Virus record (IMG/VR): IMGVR_UViG_3300028888_000073
Span: 53,950-117,949 of that record
Source: a virus
Taxonomy: Duplodnaviria; Caudoviricetes
DNA length: 64,000 bases
Direction: 5' to 3' (one strand)
Position numbers and translations under genes: made by a program. The notes below the pieces were generated by a model. The model was not told the origin of the DNA. It did no database searches and saw only the letters and a list, made by a program, of their open reading frames with translations. Every line of letters begins with the position of its first letter. Within the stretch, counting starts at the first letter, position 1. Shown here piece after piece: positions 60,126 through 64,000 of the stretch.

Positions 60126-60559
60126 ACATCACTTTCTGGCGGTTTTGGCATAGGCATCCAATGTGTAACTCCATGCACTTCATACCACTCTGTTATAGTA
60201 TATCCAAGTTCATCTTTATATTCATCAGTATGTCCAAACTGACGTAATTCAGTGTCATATTCAGCTATTTCATAATGATCAGTGTATACTAGGTATTCTC
60301 CATCAGTATCCGGTAAAGAATCATCGACAGGAATCAAGCTGTTTGACGCTGGAGTGTGTCGAATATCAACTCGCCTGTTCCAGTCTCTATATACAAGTTC
60401 TTTCAGTTCTTCCGGCGGTGTTGCTCCAGTTAGAATTGCCGTACCTGCACCGCAATCTTCACAAAACACACAATGTCCTGTTCCATTGCCATAGAAGTTA
60501 TCAGTATATGATGCTTTTCCGTCACAGAACGGACAGTTACGCAATTTCGCTTCATTCAT
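60116..60559 (-). CDS. Lar-family restriction-alleviation Zn finger fused to a DUF551-like domain
   Basis: LRNCPFC...VFCEDCGA...WNRR followed by VTHWMPMP. Confidence 0.7.
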   Translation of the reverse strand: MNEAKLRNCPFCDGKASYTDNFYGNGTGHCVFCEDCGAGTAILTGATPPEELKELVYRDWNRRVDIRHTPASNSLIPVDDSLPDTDGEYLVYTDHYEIAEYDTELRQFGHTDEYKDELGYTITEWYEVHGVTHWMPMPKPPESDVCL

Positions 60560-62544
60560 TGTAATTGCATCCTTCCCACGTTCTCCCACAAAGCGGGCAT
60601 GTGTTTCCGTCCTGCTTAATCGGAGTGTACCCGCAAGCCGCACAGCAACGACCATTCGGCGCATCAATCAGGTGAGATGTTTTTGCAGTACCTCGCGGAA
60701 GATAGTTAGCACACCAGTTATGCACGGTGGTTCTTACATCGTCCTGAAAGTCGTAATAACACGTTGGTACTTCATCATACACGTTATAGAATCGACATGT
60801 TCCACATGTATTGCCTATTCGTTGCTTTCGCTTCTTTCTCGCGCTCATTCTAATTACCTTCTTTTATAATCAGTATCAGTCACACACATCTCTGTTCCGC
60901 AGTTCTTACAGTTCTGTTCATCCATTGTCAAGCACCTCTAATCGTAAACACCGCCCATATGCATATAAGTGCGGACACACCCGCGCACAATAAAAATACA
61001 ATAGTTAAAGCATCAAGCAATGATGATACAATCCTATTGTCGGAATCTTCTGAAAAATCCCAAAAAAGAAATGTAAGGAAAAGAGACAAAACTAATAATA
61101 AGATAGAAACAATAATTTTAATCATTTTCATCACCTCTGTAATTTGAAATAATTGTATTGTATTATGTCTATTACCAGTCATGCTTAATGTCATGGATAC
61201 AGGCTTCAACGAATGCCGGATTAGGCTCTGTTTCAATTTCTTGATATGTATCAAAAAGAACAGTATGTCCAAACTTATTAGCCCATTCAGTCAATCTTGC
61301 CTTTGTTGCTTTCGTTCCTTCCTGATTGCATTCTCCCCATGTCTTATATTCTGTACCATTTTTATCTACATAATTAACATGATATGTACGCATTATTACT
61401 CACTCCTTTTAGTAAACATCTGTGTTTATCAAATCCATTCGTGCTCCGCAGTACCAACAATACGGAATTTTCATATTTACGCCATGTTCATCCGTATGAT
61501 AGCACTGATTGCACATCGTAATTACATTTCCGTTTTCATCTGGCTCTGTTTCTTCAATCCACCACCCATGCCGCACTTCCGGCTCGATTGTTGTCTGTTT
61601 CAATGCATCAATAGCAATGTCAATAGCTTGACATATTGAAGAATCTTCTCGCGTATAGTCATCTCTGAAAAGTTCAAGTGTTTCAATAGCTTCCTGCTCA
61701 GTCATCTGTTTTTGCATTTTCACTTACCTCTTCGTTAAAATGTACTCCACATTCCGCACAGAACGAATCATCATCAAAGCATAATGCACCACATTCAGAA
61801 CATAATCTGTTATAGATCGGCATTCTCCAACCTACAGCTTTCATAGCTTCTTCCGCAGATAATTCAATCTTTCTCGGCATATTCATTCACCACCAATCAT
61901 GTAAGAACCGCAATTTCCACAAAATTTGTTAAGCAGTGCTTTGTGGAATTCGTCTATATCACATTCAGCACCGCAATACGTGCAATGATATTCACCGAAA
62001 TCATTTGGCTCCCAATATGCGTGTTGCTGTTCCGGCTTTATTGTTGGTTGTGCTTCTATCCACCCATACACACGGCTTCTATCGTCACCGTCTATAAACT
62101 CCTGATTGTGTAAAAATCCAATCAATGAATTTGCGTCAATTGGTCTTACTTCCGGCATCTTCAGTCACCACCTCATTGTTCCGACAAATACGCTTAATTG
62201 ATTTCAGCGATATAGACACAAACTCTCCATCACAATAATCATAAATCGGACACTGCATAGAGCACTTATTGTGTTGAATACACTCAAACGCTACATTGCT
62301 GAGAAATTTTTCAAAATCATCTTTGGTTTCAATGATCACTATCGTCACAACCTTTCTCATTGCTGTTAAACTTTTCGATCTCAATACGTTTATCAAAATC
62401 AAAGTATTCAGGTTTAATACCTCTATCTCTTGCAAGGCAAGACATAAAATACAGTTCCTTCTCCTTAGTAGTTGTGAATGTCTTATTGTCAATGTCATTT
62501 TCAATAGCATTTTTAATCATAATTCTGATTTCTTCGACTGTCAT
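60552..62544 (-). CDS. Cluster of small Zn-ribbon and hypothetical genes (60552..60848, 60928.., 61172..61393, 61409.., 61698..61886, 61883..62158, 62136.., 62329..62544)
   Basis: Multiple CxxC...CxxCG families typical of Firmicute phages. Confidence 0.6.
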
Positions 62545-62585
62545 ATTAAACACTCCTTCCGCTACACAAAAACATTTCAGTTTTC

Positions 62586-62798
62586 TCAAACAGGATAAAT
62601 CGGAATTACGTTGCATTTCAACGCAACAAACGGCTTTCCGTTTTCCGGAGTCTATCCGACAATGTTATAATAATAATACTCATTGCCGTTTGCTTTGTCA
62701 AGGGCTTCACCGATGATCTCAACCATGTCCCCCATAACTGTGTAACCATTAATGGGTTTGTCGTACTTCTTCTCGACCAGTTCATAGAATTCTTTCAT
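62586..62798 (-). pseudogene. First gene after promoter copy 15, with TAG at 62652-62654 followed by a 21-codon in-frame extension
   Basis: MKEFYE...YNIVG*TPENGKPFVALKCNVIPIYPV* fills the gap to the next gene. Confidence 0.45.
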
Positions 62799-62845
62799 CC
62801 TAAATACCCTCACTTTCAGTCTCACCGAATCTATCTTACAAATAT

Positions 62846-62874
62846 AGTATAGCATATTTAAGATGAAATGTCAA
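62846..62874 (-). promoter_or_regulatory. Repeated promoter, copy 15
   Basis: TTGACA-N17-TATACT with TGn; hairpin AAAAACTCCT/AGGAGTTTTT at 62898-62929. Confidence 0.85.
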
Positions 62875-62936
62875 TAGATTTTTGAGAAATTGCAAAGAAA
62901 AACTCCTACAAACATTTGCAGGAGTTTTTGTTAATA

Positions 62937-64000
62937 TTATACAAGTCGTGTCTGTGCTTTCAGCGGTCCGAAGTAGCAAGGTTCTTTGCATGTAATGTTT
63001 CCGCACTTCATGATCAGCTTACCATCTTTTATATGTCGTTCAAGCTGTGAAATTGTGAATGGTGATTTTGTCCATGACCTCGCAAATTTGAGTAGATTTT
63101 GTGTAATTGTATCCATTGTCTCAAGCTGTACTCTGCCGCAAAGACGTTCATCACACTTCAACATAAAATACTGAATGAGTCCGGTTTCAACAATATCTAC
63201 CTTTGTAGCAACAGGATATGTATCTTTGATAGAATCAAGATCACGTTTCCACATTTCAGTAAGTTTTGCATCGTATGCAATAATCTTCGGCACATACCAA
63301 TCAAATTTATCACCATCATAGCACATATAATATCTAATAGTTCTATGTCGCTGTTCCTGTGCAAGATCAGCAAAAGAAGCCTTATACTTAATCAAATACG
63401 CATCATCATAAGATTCAGTAGCATCGCATACATTAAATCGTACCTGATTAGCAAGAAAATCAAAACTTCTATCCTTATTATCAACAAGTACATCAGAAAT
63501 AATTTCGTCTGGAATTAAATCATGTAGCTTTCTAACACAATCACATACAAGATTATCAAATTCGGTATCTCGTTTGCACGTAAGTACATAATCCTTACAC
63601 CATTCTTTGATATATGCGAACTGCCGCAGAGATGTTGTGTATCCCATAGTTACACATGGCTCAAACACACTAAGCATATATCGTGCATTCTCTTGTGCAA
63701 GTTTTGTTCTCAGCTTATCATCAAACTTATCCATATCCGGATACTCTTTGTCGATACGATCTTTGAAGATTTCAAGCCACTTATCATACAACTCTTTGTT
63801 TTTACCAGACGCGCTCATGATTGTATATCGTGCGCTCTTTTCTGATGTTGTATAGAATCCAAGACTGTTTAAGATCATAGCCATCATTTTGGGAATTCCC
63901 TCAAACAATAATGTAATGTGGGCGTGATCCGCAAAGCTAGTATGTCCTGTAGGAACTACCTTGTGATACCTTTTATATGCTTTGTCCGGATCAGACACGT
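62937..64000 (-). CDS. thyX: Flavin-dependent thymidylate synthase, tandem-domain form (5' end outside window)
   Basis: GHTSxxxH, EKSARYT, ENARY, QEQRHR and ERLCxRxQLE motifs. Confidence 0.88.
   Translation of the reverse strand, partial: VSDPDKAYKRYHKVVPTGHTSFADHAHITLLFEGIPKMMAMILNSLGFYTTSEKSARYTIMSASGKNKELYDKWLEIFKDRIDKEYPDMDKFDDKLRTKLAQENARYMLSVFEPCVTMGYTTSLRQFAYIKEWCKDYVLTCKRDTEFDNLVCDCVRKLHDLIPDEIISDVLVDNKDRSFDFLANQVRFNVCDATESYDDAYLIKYKASFADLAQEQRHRTIRYYMCYDGDKFDWYVPKIIAYDAKLTEMWKRDLDSIKDTYPVATKVDIVETGLIQYFMLKCDERLCGRVQLETMDTITQNLLKFARSWTKSPFTISQLERHIKDGKLIMKCGNITCKEPCYFGPLKAQTRLV

Noticed and set aside
691-62874. Repeated ACAAATATAGTATA...TGTCAAG as a CRISPR array or integron attC/att sites
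   Set aside because: Copies are kilobases apart, conserved only at the -35/-10 boxes with fixed 17-bp spacing, and no cas or integrase gene is present in the window
1-64000. DGR template repeat/reverse transcriptase, tRNA or rRNA genes
   Set aside because: No second copy of the VR, no YxDD RT ORF and no cloverleaf recognised by eye; a tRNAscan/BLAST run is needed to be sure
1-64000. Genome-wide alternative genetic code
   Set aside because: Long structural and enzymatic genes are intact in code 11 with high coding density; only sporadic in-frame stops were seen and are reported separately

Overview
A 64-kb segment of a large, AT-rich (roughly one-third GC by eye) tailed-phage genome. Dockerin motifs and sigmaA-type promoters point to an anaerobic Firmicute host, probably Ruminococcus-like. 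Almost all genes are on the minus strand. The left ~10 kb is a virion/receptor-binding module, including a 1169-aa protein whose C-terminus looks like a diversity-generating-retroelement (DGR) target. The rest is an array of small accessory genes cut into units by 15 near-identical promoter modules (TTGACA/T-N17-TATACT, each with an extended -10 TG), many preceded by a hairpin. Interspersed are DNA and nucleotide metabolism genes: NAD ligase, ThyX, dUTPase, intein-containing NrdD, NrdG, TrxB, a redoxin, kinases, Thg1, ClpP and a methyltransferase. Main highlights: (1) a radical-SAM gene fractured inside its CxxxCxxC motif by a naturally split intein, with a free-standing HNH endonuclease between the halves; (2) three phage-encoded dockerin-like proteins, two with signal peptides; (3) a DGR-type variable region plus hairpin; (4) unrelated proteins, including ART-, GNAT- and ParB-like enzymes, that share an N-terminal [IL]xE leader resembling T4-type head-packaging/cleavage signals. 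No tRNA, rRNA, CRISPR array or reverse transcriptase was recognised. All family assignments come from motif recognition by eye, not database searches.
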